From Minisyncoccota bacterium (GTDB taxonomy: Bacteria > Patescibacteriota > Minisyncoccia > Phycocordibacterales > UBA9973): a DNA stretch of 44,485 nucleotides. Below are positions 34,295-43,107 of this stretch, piece by piece. Below the pieces are notes generated by a model that ran no database searches, was not told the origin of the DNA, and saw only the letters and a program-made list of their open reading frames with translations. Position 1 is the stretch's first letter. Each line of letters starts with the position of its first letter. Made by a program: the position numbers and the translations under genes. Location: NCBI GenBank assembly GCA_041667145.1, contig JBAYFP010000005.1, positions 1-44,485 of the forward strand, given 5' to 3'.

Positions 34295-35227
34295 TTACTT
34301 ATTCAAATATTTTCTGATTGCAATCAAGCTAGAAAACATACCTAAAAGGACACCTGATAATAAAATAATCACGGAAATTTGAAATAAATTTGAAATATAA
34401 TAGTCATATAAGTTAAGTCCTAAGAAATTGGTCATATTACTTCCTAAGTATGCTGTGGTAGGCCAAAAAAGAATTAATGTTATTATCGTAGAAATAATTC
34501 CATAAATAGCACCCTCTATCATAAAAGGCCCCCTGACGCGCATCTTGCTTGCCCCTACTAAACGCATCACACCTATCTCTTCTTTAGAAATGAAAATGGC
34601 TAAACGAATAGTGTTAAAAGTTATTATTATAGAAATAATTATAAGAATCAATGTGATAATAAAACCTAATTTCTGTGCACCTGATATTATATTGTTTAAT
34701 CTATCAATGACTATTTTATTTTGAAAATAGTTAACTTTATCTATTATAGAAGAAGAGCCTATGACGAGAGCATTATCTCCTTTCATAAAATTTGCGATAC
34801 TTTCATACTGAGAAACTTCTTTTGCTTTTACATTAAGATATGCTCCTAGAGGATTATCTTTTATCTCGTCTAATGCCTGAATAGTCGGATAATCACTCTC
34901 ATGACGAACCCTAAAAAGTTTCAACGCTTCATCAGCGCTAACATAAGAAACTTTTTGTACTTCTGGCAACTTTTCCAAGGAATCTTTTAAAGATAAAATC
35001 TTATTCTCTGGCGCACCAACAGTAAAATAAATAGTCACATCAACTTTATCCTTTATCTGATTTAAAGAAAAACTAAGTACTGCCTGTAATAATAAAATCG
35101 ATGTAATAACTGAGAGAGTAATGGTGACGACAAGAACAGCAGCCCAAGAAATGGCTCCACTTCTCCAAAAATTAACGAACCCTGCTTTTGTAATCCTTTT
35201 AAAATCAGTCATTATATTAAAAACCAA
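34295..35227 (-). CDS. ftsX: cell-division ABC transporter permease FtsX
   Basis: FtsX topology (TM1, large loop, three C-terminal TMs), downstream of ftsE. Confidence 0.8.
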   Translation of the reverse strand: MVFNIMTDFKRITKAGFVNFWRSGAISWAAVLVVTITLSVITSILLLQAVLSFSLNQIKDKVDVTIYFTVGAPENKILSLKDSLEKLPEVQKVSYVSADEALKLFRVRHESDYPTIQALDEIKDNPLGAYLNVKAKEVSQYESIANFMKGDNALVIGSSSIIDKVNYFQNKIVIDRLNNIISGAQKLGFIITLILIIISIIITFNTIRLAIFISKEEIGVMRLVGASKMRVRGPFMIEGAIYGIISTIITLILFWPTTAYLGSNMTNFLGLNLYDYYISNLFQISVIILLSGVLLGMFSSLIAIRKYLNK

Positions 35228-35231
35228 TTAT

Positions 35232-35270
35232 ACCCTGTAGTGAAACTTTTTCAAAGTTCTACTACGGGGT
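35232..35270. repeat. palindromic element, short form, copy D (between the ftsE stop and the ftsX start)
   Basis: ACCCTGTAGTGAAACTTTTTCAAAGTTCTACTACGGGGT. Confidence 0.7.
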
Positions 35271-35950
35271 TATATAACATATTTGCCATCCTTGTCATCT
35301 CTAATAATTTTTCCTTTTTCCATTGTCACTACCCTCTTCCCGACTGAATCGACAACACCTCTATTGTGCGTAGTCAAAATAACTGTTGTCCCTAGATCAT
35401 TTATTTTTTTTAAAATTTGAACTATTTCGTATGTATTTACAGCATCAAGATTCCCAGTCGGCTCATCTGCGATAATAAGCTCTGGCTGATTTATAATAGC
35501 ACGAGCAATAGCAAGGCGCTGCTGCTCTCCACCTGACATCTGATGTGGAAAATGGTGCATTTTATTACTTAGGTCTACAAGCTCTAATACATGTGGAACA
35601 TCACTTTCTATCTCTTCATTATTTTTACCGACAGCCTCCATGGCAAAAGCGATATTTTCATAAGCGGTTTTATTAGAAAGTAGTTTAAAATCTTGAAATA
35701 CTACTCCTATCCTTCTCCTCAACCTTGTCAAATCTTTATTATTTGCCTTAACTACGTTTATGGATTCAAAAAAAACTGTCCCATTTGATGGAACTTCATC
35801 TGCCAAAATCATTTTAACAAGAGTAGTCTTTCCTGCACCAGAATGACCTACGATAGATACAAACTCACCTGTGGTGATGGTCAAGGTCACGTCATCTAAC
35901 GCAACAGAATCTTTGTTATAAACTTTCGAAACATTATTAAAATAGATCAC
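35270..35950 (-). CDS. ftsE: cell-division ABC transporter ATPase FtsE
   Basis: GHSGAGKTT, LSGGEQQR (as MSGGEQQRLAIARA), IIADEPTGNLD. Confidence 0.9.
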   Translation of the reverse strand: MIYFNNVSKVYNKDSVALDDVTLTITTGEFVSIVGHSGAGKTTLVKMILADEVPSNGTVFFESINVVKANNKDLTRLRRRIGVVFQDFKLLSNKTAYENIAFAMEAVGKNNEEIESDVPHVLELVDLSNKMHHFPHQMSGGEQQRLAIARAIINQPELIIADEPTGNLDAVNTYEIVQILKKINDLGTTVILTTHNRGVVDSVGKRVVTMEKGKIIRDDKDGKYVI

Positions 35951-35962
35951 CTTTTTATCTTA

Positions 35963-36850
35963 TCACAAATCCCTCTCTGTCTCAATAAAAATATCAATAT
36001 CCCCTGCTAAAACTTCATCTACCTTCGAAGTCTCAACATTTGTACGATGATCTTTGACCATTTTATAAGGATGAAGCACATAAGAACGTATCTGACTCCC
36101 CCATTCTATTTCTGTACCTTTACTTGTTTTCATACTTTCTTCCACTGACTTCTTTTCCTCTTCGGCTTTCCTGAAAATCTTCGCTCGAAGAATAGACATT
36201 GCTCGTTCCCTATTTTGTTCTTGACTACGCTCACCTGAAGCATGTACAGCGATACCCGTCGGAATATGGACAAGCCTGACTGCCGTTTCTCTTTTGTTTA
36301 CATTTTGTCCTCCAGGGCCACTAGAACGACTATACTCAATTTTTAAATCATTTTCAGGAATAATAAAATCTTTTTCTTCTAATTTTGAAAATTTAGGCAA
36401 TACTTCTACTAAAGAAAAAGAAGTATGCCTTAACTTTTTTGCGTTAAAGGGTGAAATGCGAACCAGACGATGTACCCCACCTTCGTTTTTTAAAGTCCCG
36501 TAGGCACTTTTGCCTTCCATCTCAAAAGAAACATTTCTATATCCTCCATGATCATTTTTATGTTCATGAATAAAAGAAATTTTAAAATTCTTCCTATCGG
36601 CATATTTCATATACATCTCCAATAGCATTCGTGAAAAATCTTCTGCATCATCTCCTCCTGCACCAGAAATAATTGTGAAAATTGCATTGCCTTTATCATA
36701 TTTTCCTAAACCCTCTTTTTTATCTTTAAGCTCTGTAATTTTTTTTAAAGTAGCCTGTGCTTTATTTTTATCATCCCAAAAACCTATCTGCTGTGTTTCA
36801 GTTTCTAGCTCTTCTATTTCTTTATCTAATTGGTCTTTATTATTTTCCAT
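35963..36850 (-). CDS. prfB: peptide chain release factor 2 (short, 295 aa, no frameshift site seen)
   Basis: SPF tripeptide (RISPFN), GGQ (SGPGGQNVN), EWGSQIRSYVLHPY. Confidence 0.9.
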   Translation of the reverse strand: MENNKDQLDKEIEELETETQQIGFWDDKNKAQATLKKITELKDKKEGLGKYDKGNAIFTIISGAGGDDAEDFSRMLLEMYMKYADRKNFKISFIHEHKNDHGGYRNVSFEMEGKSAYGTLKNEGGVHRLVRISPFNAKKLRHTSFSLVEVLPKFSKLEEKDFIIPENDLKIEYSRSSGPGGQNVNKRETAVRLVHIPTGIAVHASGERSQEQNRERAMSILRAKIFRKAEEEKKSVEESMKTSKGTEIEWGSQIRSYVLHPYKMVKDHRTNVETSKVDEVLAGDIDIFIETERDL

Positions 36851-36857
36851 AATTTCC

Positions 36858-36942
36858 TAAATTCTTGTAAAATGTTCTTTTTCAAATGGTCTGGGCCTCT
36901 GGGTCGAGGACCTGAGAAAAAAAAATATTTTACAAGAATTTA
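36858..36942. repeat. 16-bp AT-rich inverted repeat clamping a GC-rich core upstream of prfB
   Basis: TAAATTCTTGTAAAAT (36858-36873) pairs with ATTTTACAAGAATTTA (36927-36942). The core contains GGTCTGGGCCTCTGGGTCGAGGACC. Confidence 0.75.
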
Positions 36943-36947
36943 ACTCT

Positions 36948-38000
36948 CTAATTTCTAAGAATTTTCTTTTTGATATTTAATACTTTTTCTGGTTTAAAAT
37001 ATTTGTTTGGGAGAACAGAAAAATATTCATCAATATATGGAAACATTGTATCACAAGCTACAAAAGTAATAACAATTTCTCCATTTTTATTTTTATATCT
37101 ATTTAAAGTCTTTTTTTCTTTCATTTCAGCAACCATTTTATCAATCATGGCAAGCTGCATCCCAGTCGAAGGTCCAACCAGTAAACCCAAACGAATAAGC
37201 TCTAAACTTTTCTCATAGGCAAGCTCCTGGCCTATCGACATTGTCTTATTTACTACATCCTTCCAGGGAAATCCCAGCTTAAAAATAGCGTCTTCCCCAC
37301 GAGGACCCGGAATAGAAGAACCACGTTTGATAGACGCGCCTGCAATAAAAATATTTCTATTTTTTTTCTTTAAATAAGAACCAGTGCCATATATAGTACC
37401 AGCAGTCCCAATACTTGAACAAAAAATGCTTATATTACCATCTGTCTGTTCCCAAATTTCTTTACCAATAAAATTCTCAGACGCTACGGGGCTATCTAAG
37501 TTTATATATTGATTCATGTTAAGCCATCCTTTTTTCTTACCTAAAATTTTCGCCTCATAGACACCTCCTTCATCCGCAAAAACATCCGGACTGCGTGGCC
37601 CATCGGAGATCAATAATTCTGCACCGACTAATCTAAGGATTTTCTTCTTTTCTTCAGGTACATCTGGGGTGATAATCGCATGCATATTTCGTATACCAAA
37701 ATGTCTCGATAAAATAGCTAAAGAAAAAACAGTATTACCTGAAGAATATTCTACTAAATGTTCTGTGGCGTTTATCACTTCTTTCGAAATACCAGAAAGC
37801 ATACCCCAAGCAAAAAGAGATTTGATATTCGCTAGGGGTAAAAATTGAGAAAGCTTAATAAAAATTCTAACTTTATCTTTTTTAAAATGATTAACAGATG
37901 AAGGCAGTTCTACAAGAGGAGTCATAGAAAGAGAGTTTGGATTTAAAAAATCAAATACAGCATCCTCTCCCTCAAAAACTTTTTTATTATTTTTAACCAT
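36948..38000 (-). CDS. PLP-dependent enzyme of the cysteine synthase / Trp-synthase-beta (PALP) family
   Basis: MTPLVELP, SGNTVFSLA, and a GTAGT-type glycine-rich loop (SSIGTAGTIYG). The ATG lies 1 nt downstream of the tRNA-Thr 3' end. Confidence 0.6.
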   Translation of the reverse strand: MVKNNKKVFEGEDAVFDFLNPNSLSMTPLVELPSSVNHFKKDKVRIFIKLSQFLPLANIKSLFAWGMLSGISKEVINATEHLVEYSSGNTVFSLAILSRHFGIRNMHAIITPDVPEEKKKILRLVGAELLISDGPRSPDVFADEGGVYEAKILGKKKGWLNMNQYINLDSPVASENFIGKEIWEQTDGNISIFCSSIGTAGTIYGTGSYLKKKNRNIFIAGASIKRGSSIPGPRGEDAIFKLGFPWKDVVNKTMSIGQELAYEKSLELIRLGLLVGPSTGMQLAMIDKMVAEMKEKKTLNRYKNKNGEIVITFVACDTMFPYIDEYFSVLPNKYFKPEKVLNIKKKILRN

Positions 38001-38001
38001 G

Positions 38002-38074
38002 AGCCACCCCCGAGGATCGAACTCGGGACCCCGTCTTTACGAAAGACGTGCTCTACCAACTGAGCTAGGGTGGC
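38002..38074 (-). tRNA. tRNA-Thr (anticodon CGT)
   Basis: Minus strand: GCCACCC-TA-GCTCAGTTGGTAGAGC-A-CGTCT-TTCGTAA-AGACG-GGGTC-CCGAG-TTCGATC-CTCGG-GGGTGGC-T. No CCA encoded. Confidence 0.9.
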
Positions 38075-38081
38075 GCTCTTG

Positions 38082-38153
38082 AGCCGTCGAAGGGGATCGA
38101 ACCCTTGGTCTCGTCATTACCAATGACGTGCTTTACCGCTAAGCTACGACGGC
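38082..38153 (-). tRNA. tRNA-Thr (anticodon GGT)
   Basis: Minus strand: GCCGTCG-TA-GCTTAGCGGTAAAGC-A-CGTCA-TTGGTAA-TGACG-AGACC-AAGGG-TTCGATC-CCCTT-CGACGGC-T. TTGCAA-N17-TAAACT lies upstream on the minus strand. Confidence 0.9.
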
Positions 38154-38242
38154 ATGTTAGCAGTTTAGTTTATTTTGATTTATTTTGCAAAAGATAAAAA
38201 TAGTATTTACAAATTTAGTTTGCTATAATTGTTATTAACAAA

Positions 38243-38317
38243 ATGGCTTTTTTAACTGACTCAAAAATAAAAGAACTCAAAATAAAAGCAAATGACCCCA
38301 GTACTACAAAAAATTAA
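38243..38317 (+). pseudogene. 24-codon relic/uORF homologous to the transketolase N-terminus
   Basis: MAFLTDSKIKELKIKAND... versus the tkt start MTYLTDNKILELKKTANL (11 of 18 identical). Preceded by TGCTATAAT (38221-38229). Runs into palindromic element E and stops. Confidence 0.5.
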
Positions 38318-38346
38318 TCCAATGCACAAATTTTTGAGTACGGGGC
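38295..38346. repeat. palindromic element, variant form, copy E
   Basis: ACCCCAGTACTACAAAAAATT...AAATTTTTGAGTACGGGGC. Confidence 0.6.
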
Positions 38347-38369
38347 GAGAAATGGTTTATTAAAATAAT

Positions 38370-39218
38370 ATGACATATCTAACAGATAATAAAATTTTAG
38401 AGTTAAAAAAAACAGCGAATCTTATACGTCAAAGTATTATCGAAATGCTTGTCGAAGCAAAAAGCGGACACACAGCAGGAGCCCTTGGCATGGCTGATAT
38501 TTTTACGCTTTTTTATTTTCATATTTTAAAACATAACCCTAAAGATCCACTTTGGGAGGATCGTGATAGATTGATTCTCTCAAACGGCCACATCTGCCCC
38601 GTACTTTATGCATCTATGGCACATAGCGGTTACTTCCCTATTGAAGAATTAAAAACACTTCGCAAATTAGGTTCCCGTCTCCAAGGACATCCACATCGAG
38701 AATATTTACCATTTGTTGAAAATTCTTCAGGACCATTGGGAGCAGGACTTTCTCAAGCAGTGGGTATGGCACTTGCTGATAAAATAAATGAAAAAAAAGA
38801 TAGATATATTTATTGTTTTATGTCTGACGGAGAATTAAATGAAGGAAATTCTTGGGAAGCGATAATGCTAGCGGGTAAAAATAAATTAAAAAATTTAATT
38901 GCCATTGTTGATAGAAACAATATTCAGATAGATGGATACACAGAAAAAGTAATGCCACTCGAACCATTGGCAGATAAATGGCGAGCCTTCAATTGGCATG
39001 TGATAGAGACAGGTGGACACAATTTTAAAGAATTAAATGATGCTGTTCTAGAGGCACAAAAAATAAAAGATAAACCGATAGTCATCATCGCTCATACTAC
39101 TCCTAGCAAAGGAATAAAAGAATGGGAAAATGATTATAAGTGGCACGGTATACCACCTAATAAAGAACAAGGTGAAATGGCATTAAAAGAACTAAGAGAA
39201 TTAGGTTCTAGGTTCTAG
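38370..39218 (+). CDS. tkt: transketolase, N-terminal (TPP-binding) subunit
   Basis: SGHTAGALGMADIF, DGELNEGNSWEA, and split-gene architecture. Confidence 0.9.
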   Translation: MTYLTDNKILELKKTANLIRQSIIEMLVEAKSGHTAGALGMADIFTLFYFHILKHNPKDPLWEDRDRLILSNGHICPVLYASMAHSGYFPIEELKTLRKLGSRLQGHPHREYLPFVENSSGPLGAGLSQAVGMALADKINEKKDRYIYCFMSDGELNEGNSWEAIMLAGKNKLKNLIAIVDRNNIQIDGYTEKVMPLEPLADKWRAFNWHVIETGGHNFKELNDAVLEAQKIKDKPIVIIAHTTPSKGIKEWENDYKWHGIPPNKEQGEMALKELRELGSRF

Positions 39219-39252
39219 TGACTAGCATGCTAGAAACTAAAAACTAACTTAT

Positions 39253-40251
39253 ATGTTAAATCCACAATTAAAACTTAATCCAAAAATATTCAACGAAGAT
39301 GTCGAGCAAGCACCGATAAGAAAAGGCTTCGGACAAGGATTATTAAAAGCAGGAGAAATTGATGAAAATGTCGTTGCTCTTTGTGCTGATTTAACTGAAT
39401 CAACTCAAATGCATTTATTTGCTGAGAAATTTCCAAAAAGATTTATAGAAATGGGAGTAGCTGAACAAAATCTAGTGACGGTCGCTTCTGGAATGAGTGC
39501 AATGGGTAAAATTCCTTTTTGTTCTTCTTACGCAATGTTTTCTCCAGGAAGAAATTGGGAACAAATAAGGACGACCATCGCATACAACGACAGAAAAGTG
39601 ATAATCGTCGGAAATCATGCTGGAATCTCTGTTGGCCCCGATGGAGGAACACATCAAGCACTTGAAGATATCGCTTTAATGCGAGTAATACCAAATATGG
39701 ATGTCATCTCTCCTTGTGATGCAATAGAAGCAAAAAAGGCAACGCTCTCCTTAGCTAAAACTAAAAAGCCAGCATATCTGCGCCTTGCTCGTGACAAAAC
39801 ACCTATCATAACCACAGAAGAAACTCCTTTTGAAATCGGCAAGGCACAAATATATTGGATGCCTGATGTAGGACTCGCACAAGTAGGTATCATCGTCACA
39901 GGAAGCCTCACTCATCGTGCAATACTTGCTGCAAAAAAATTAGAAGAAAAAGGGATAAAAACAAAAGTCATGAATTTATCTTCTATTATTCCTATTGATA
40001 AAGATGCGATAATTACTCTCGCTAAAGAAACAAAAGCAATAGTGACAGTTGAAGAACATCAGATAGCTGGAGGGCTCGGTGGAGCTGTCGCAGAAATTTT
40101 GGCACAAAATTATCCTACCCCAATAGAATTCATCGGAGTTCAAAATACTTTTGGACAATCAGGTACCCCTGATGAATTAATAAAACATTACAAAATGGAT
40201 GTACCAGATATTATTCTGGCAGTGGAGAAAGTTTTAAAAAGAAAAATTTAA
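39253..40251 (+). CDS. tkt: transketolase, C-terminal (pyrimidine-binding) subunit
   Basis: FIEMGVAEQNLV, GPDGGTHQALEDIA. Confidence 0.9.
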   Translation: MLNPQLKLNPKIFNEDVEQAPIRKGFGQGLLKAGEIDENVVALCADLTESTQMHLFAEKFPKRFIEMGVAEQNLVTVASGMSAMGKIPFCSSYAMFSPGRNWEQIRTTIAYNDRKVIIVGNHAGISVGPDGGTHQALEDIALMRVIPNMDVISPCDAIEAKKATLSLAKTKKPAYLRLARDKTPIITTEETPFEIGKAQIYWMPDVGLAQVGIIVTGSLTHRAILAAKKLEEKGIKTKVMNLSSIIPIDKDAIITLAKETKAIVTVEEHQIAGGLGGAVAEILAQNYPTPIEFIGVQNTFGQSGTPDELIKHYKMDVPDIILAVEKVLKRKI

Positions 40252-40540
40252 TTAGTATCTTCTTTTACTTCCTTTTTTACCAAATCTATTAATGATAATA
40301 TATGATTTTCTAAAACATCCATTATGTCCCTTGTCTGAGAGATATTATTAAAAATTTTTATTATTTCCCTCGAACTACGAGCATAATCTTCTGGTTCTGA
40401 GTTATTAATCTCAAAATTTTGTAATTCTTCTTTGAAGTTTTGTATTCAGCGCGAAACTTTTCTAATTCTCTCATTAATTTAATAAACCCTTTTTCTTGAT
40501 CTTTTTCTATTTTTATATGTAACGAATATTTTTCTACCAT
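40248..40540 (-). pseudogene. small coiled-coil ORF (~97 aa) split by a -1 frameshift at an A-run
   Basis: Frame A: MVEKYSLHIKIEKDQEKGFIKLMRELEKFRAEYK.... After GAATACAAAAC the coding-looking frame continues as FKEELQNFEINNSEPEDYARSSREIIKIFNNISQTRDIMDVLENHILSLIDLVKKEVKEDTN*. One extra A would join the two. Confidence 0.4.
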
Positions 40541-40544
40541 ATAA

Positions 40545-41555
40545 TTAATTTATTTTATTAACCTTGTAACTCTCTGGTGCATTTTTTAAATATTCTTCAA
40601 GTTTTTTTCGATCGAGAAGCCCCTCTTGTGCACCAATTTTTTGTACCACAGACATTGCATTTACTGGCCCCCAAGAAAACGCCTCAAGAGGAGTTTTTCC
40701 TAATGCTAAAGCAGCGGTAAACGTAGAAGAAAAAGCATCTCCAGCGCCTGTACGTTCAAGCGGAGGATTGATATCTGGATAAATAGGGTTGTGCCATAAC
40801 TCTCCATTCAAATATAAATAAGCACCATTTGGACCGTCACTTATAACAACTATCTTGGGACCTAAAGCTTCTATCCCTTTTGATAAAAATAAAACATCTT
40901 TATTTTCTACCCCTAAAATTCTTTCAGCTTCTTCTAAATTACAGAAAAAAACTTCCGTGCGTTTATAAATATCTTTTAAAGCCTCTACACCAAATTTCAT
41001 CTGAAAAGTTCCAGGTTGAAAGGCAAGCTTTACTTCCTCATGTCTTTTTAGGTAGTTTGATATTTCAGTATGAAATGCTAAAGAATCTCCACCCAAAGAA
41101 CTCAAATAAATCCAATCAGGTTTAGAAATTTCACTTGCCTCTTTAGTGTCTACCCATCCACGTTCATATTCTTGATGCTTCACTAAGATAGTACGATCAA
41201 CATCATACCAGAGTACATAATGATAATTTGTGGTTTTATTTTTTTCTATTTTAACAAAAGTCGTATCAATTTTTTCTTTTTCTAAAACAGCTAAGCAGTC
41301 CTTACCATTTTGATCATCACCAATATTCGTCATAAGAGCGGTACTTAACCCAAGTCGAGCAGCAGCTACAGCAGCATTTGGACTATTGCCAACTGCTGGA
41401 ATAACGTGTAAGGATTCATAAGGAACTTTATCTCCAAAACTTAAACAAAGCTCACAAACCTCCGTGTCCAACTTGCAATGTACATGCGCATCTTTAATTT
41501 TTATAAAAGCATCTATGACTATATCACCTATCGCAAGGAAATCTATTTTTTTCAT
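40545..41555 (-). CDS. PfkB-family carbohydrate/nucleoside kinase
   Basis: GAGDAFSSTF anion-hole motif, N-terminal IGDIVID, 336 aa. Confidence 0.8.
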   Translation of the reverse strand: MKKIDFLAIGDIVIDAFIKIKDAHVHCKLDTEVCELCLSFGDKVPYESLHVIPAVGNSPNAAVAAARLGLSTALMTNIGDDQNGKDCLAVLEKEKIDTTFVKIEKNKTTNYHYVLWYDVDRTILVKHQEYERGWVDTKEASEISKPDWIYLSSLGGDSLAFHTEISNYLKRHEEVKLAFQPGTFQMKFGVEALKDIYKRTEVFFCNLEEAERILGVENKDVLFLSKGIEALGPKIVVISDGPNGAYLYLNGELWHNPIYPDINPPLERTGAGDAFSSTFTAALALGKTPLEAFSWGPVNAMSVVQKIGAQEGLLDRKKLEEYLKNAPESYKVNKIN

Positions 41556-41596
41556 GTTATAATCATAACATAATTATTAAATAATAAAAATAAATC

Positions 41597-43093
41597 ATGT
41601 TAAAAAAGATAATCCTTGTTTTGGCAGGAATTTTTTTGTTTTTTGGAGGTAATTTAGCACAAGCGAATGTAGTTATTAATGAAGTAAAGCTGTATCCTAC
41701 AGAAGAAAGATTCATAGAACTCTATAATACTGACAATAAGGAAGTCGATTTAACAAATTGGTATATACAAAGAAAAACATTGACCGGAAATAGCTTCGGA
41801 TCTTTAGTATCAAAAACTTATTTAGAAAATAAAAAAATTAATGCTAATGGTTACTTTTTGATTTCTCGTAATTCGATGACAAATTCTGATGTTGTATTAA
41901 GTAGTTTAACCCTTACAGAATCGAATACAATTCAAATAAAAAATTCTAGTGGAGAAGTTGTTGGCACAATTTGTTGGGGAGAAATAAATGATTGTGGTAC
42001 ATCAATAGCATCTAATCCTGTAGAAGGCCAAAGCATACAAAGAGACCAAAATAATTTATTAATTCTTGGAAATCCTACACCAGGAACACAAAATTATGCT
42101 ACTTCTGAGATTATTTCTGACGATACAGATTCTAATACAAATGACTCAGATAACTCTACAAATAATTCTGTAGTACAAACACAAAATGTTACTGAAATAA
42201 AACCAAAAATAACGGAAATTCCCAAAATTAAAACAAAAATCACAGCAAAAACTTTAGCTTTTAGAGGAATCCCAATTGAGTTAAAAGCAAATACTACAGT
42301 ATCTTCTAACGAAATACTTTTATCTGGAAAATATTTCTGGAATTTTGGTGATGGAGATTCAAGAGAAATGAAAGCAAACGACACGACAAAATTAATGCAC
42401 GCCTTTTCTTATGTAGGTGACTATACTATCGCTCTTGAATATTATGAAAATTATTTTTCTGAAAATCCTGATGCATCGGATAAAATATTTATAAAAGTGA
42501 TACCAACCGATATTTCAATATCCAAAACCGGAGATGAAAAAGACTTTTTTATTGAAATTTCAAATAATACCAGCTATGATGCAGATCTTTCAAAGTGGAT
42601 ACTCGTAAGTGAAACAAAAAGTTTTATTTTACCTAAAAATACGATTATCCCACTAAAAAAGAAAATCATTTTATCTCCCAAAATCACTAATTTTTCGATT
42701 TTAGATAAAAATACTTTAAAATTAGCAAACCCATCAGGAGAAATAATATTTAATTACCTATATCCCATCACCGAACCAACTAAGGCTATACCAAAAAATA
42801 CCACACCGGAGATTTCAAAAAAAATATCTACAACATCTCTAACGAAATCTGCAGAAATTATTCAAAACAAAGTAACACCAGAAAAAAACTCAGAAAAACA
42901 AATGCCCGCCCTAAACTTAAATGCAAATGCAATAGAAAGTGATACAGAAAAAGCAATTAATTTTAAATACGGGATGTTTGGATTATTTATCTTTCTTGCA
43001 CTCAGTGGAGGTACAGCCTATTTTATTCGTAGTTATCATAGAAAACCAAAAATAAAAATAACCGGTGATGATTTTGAAATCATAGATGAATAA
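41597..43093 (+). CDS. secreted lamin-tail-domain (LTD) protein with PKD-like middle domain and C-terminal TM anchor
   Basis: Signal peptide. VINEVKLYPTEERFIELYNT...DLTNWYI (LTD signature), with a second LTD-like segment (DLSKWILV). WNFGDGD (PKD-like). A C-terminal hydrophobic helix is followed by basic residues. Confidence 0.6.
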   Translation: MLKKIILVLAGIFLFFGGNLAQANVVINEVKLYPTEERFIELYNTDNKEVDLTNWYIQRKTLTGNSFGSLVSKTYLENKKINANGYFLISRNSMTNSDVVLSSLTLTESNTIQIKNSSGEVVGTICWGEINDCGTSIASNPVEGQSIQRDQNNLLILGNPTPGTQNYATSEIISDDTDSNTNDSDNSTNNSVVQTQNVTEIKPKITEIPKIKTKITAKTLAFRGIPIELKANTTVSSNEILLSGKYFWNFGDGDSREMKANDTTKLMHAFSYVGDYTIALEYYENYFSENPDASDKIFIKVIPTDISISKTGDEKDFFIEISNNTSYDADLSKWILVSETKSFILPKNTIIPLKKKIILSPKITNFSILDKNTLKLANPSGEIIFNYLYPITEPTKAIPKNTTPEISKKISTTSLTKSAEIIQNKVTPEKNSEKQMPALNLNANAIESDTEKAINFKYGMFGLFIFLALSGGTAYFIRSYHRKPKIKITGDDFEIIDE

Positions 43094-43107
43094 GGTAATA
43101 TATTTGT

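Noticed and set aside
36851-36947. Programmed +1 frameshift leader ORF of prfB.
   Set aside because: All three upstream frames were translated. There is no ATG-initiated short ORF and no CTT-TGA-C-like site, and an in-frame TAG lies three codons before the ATG.
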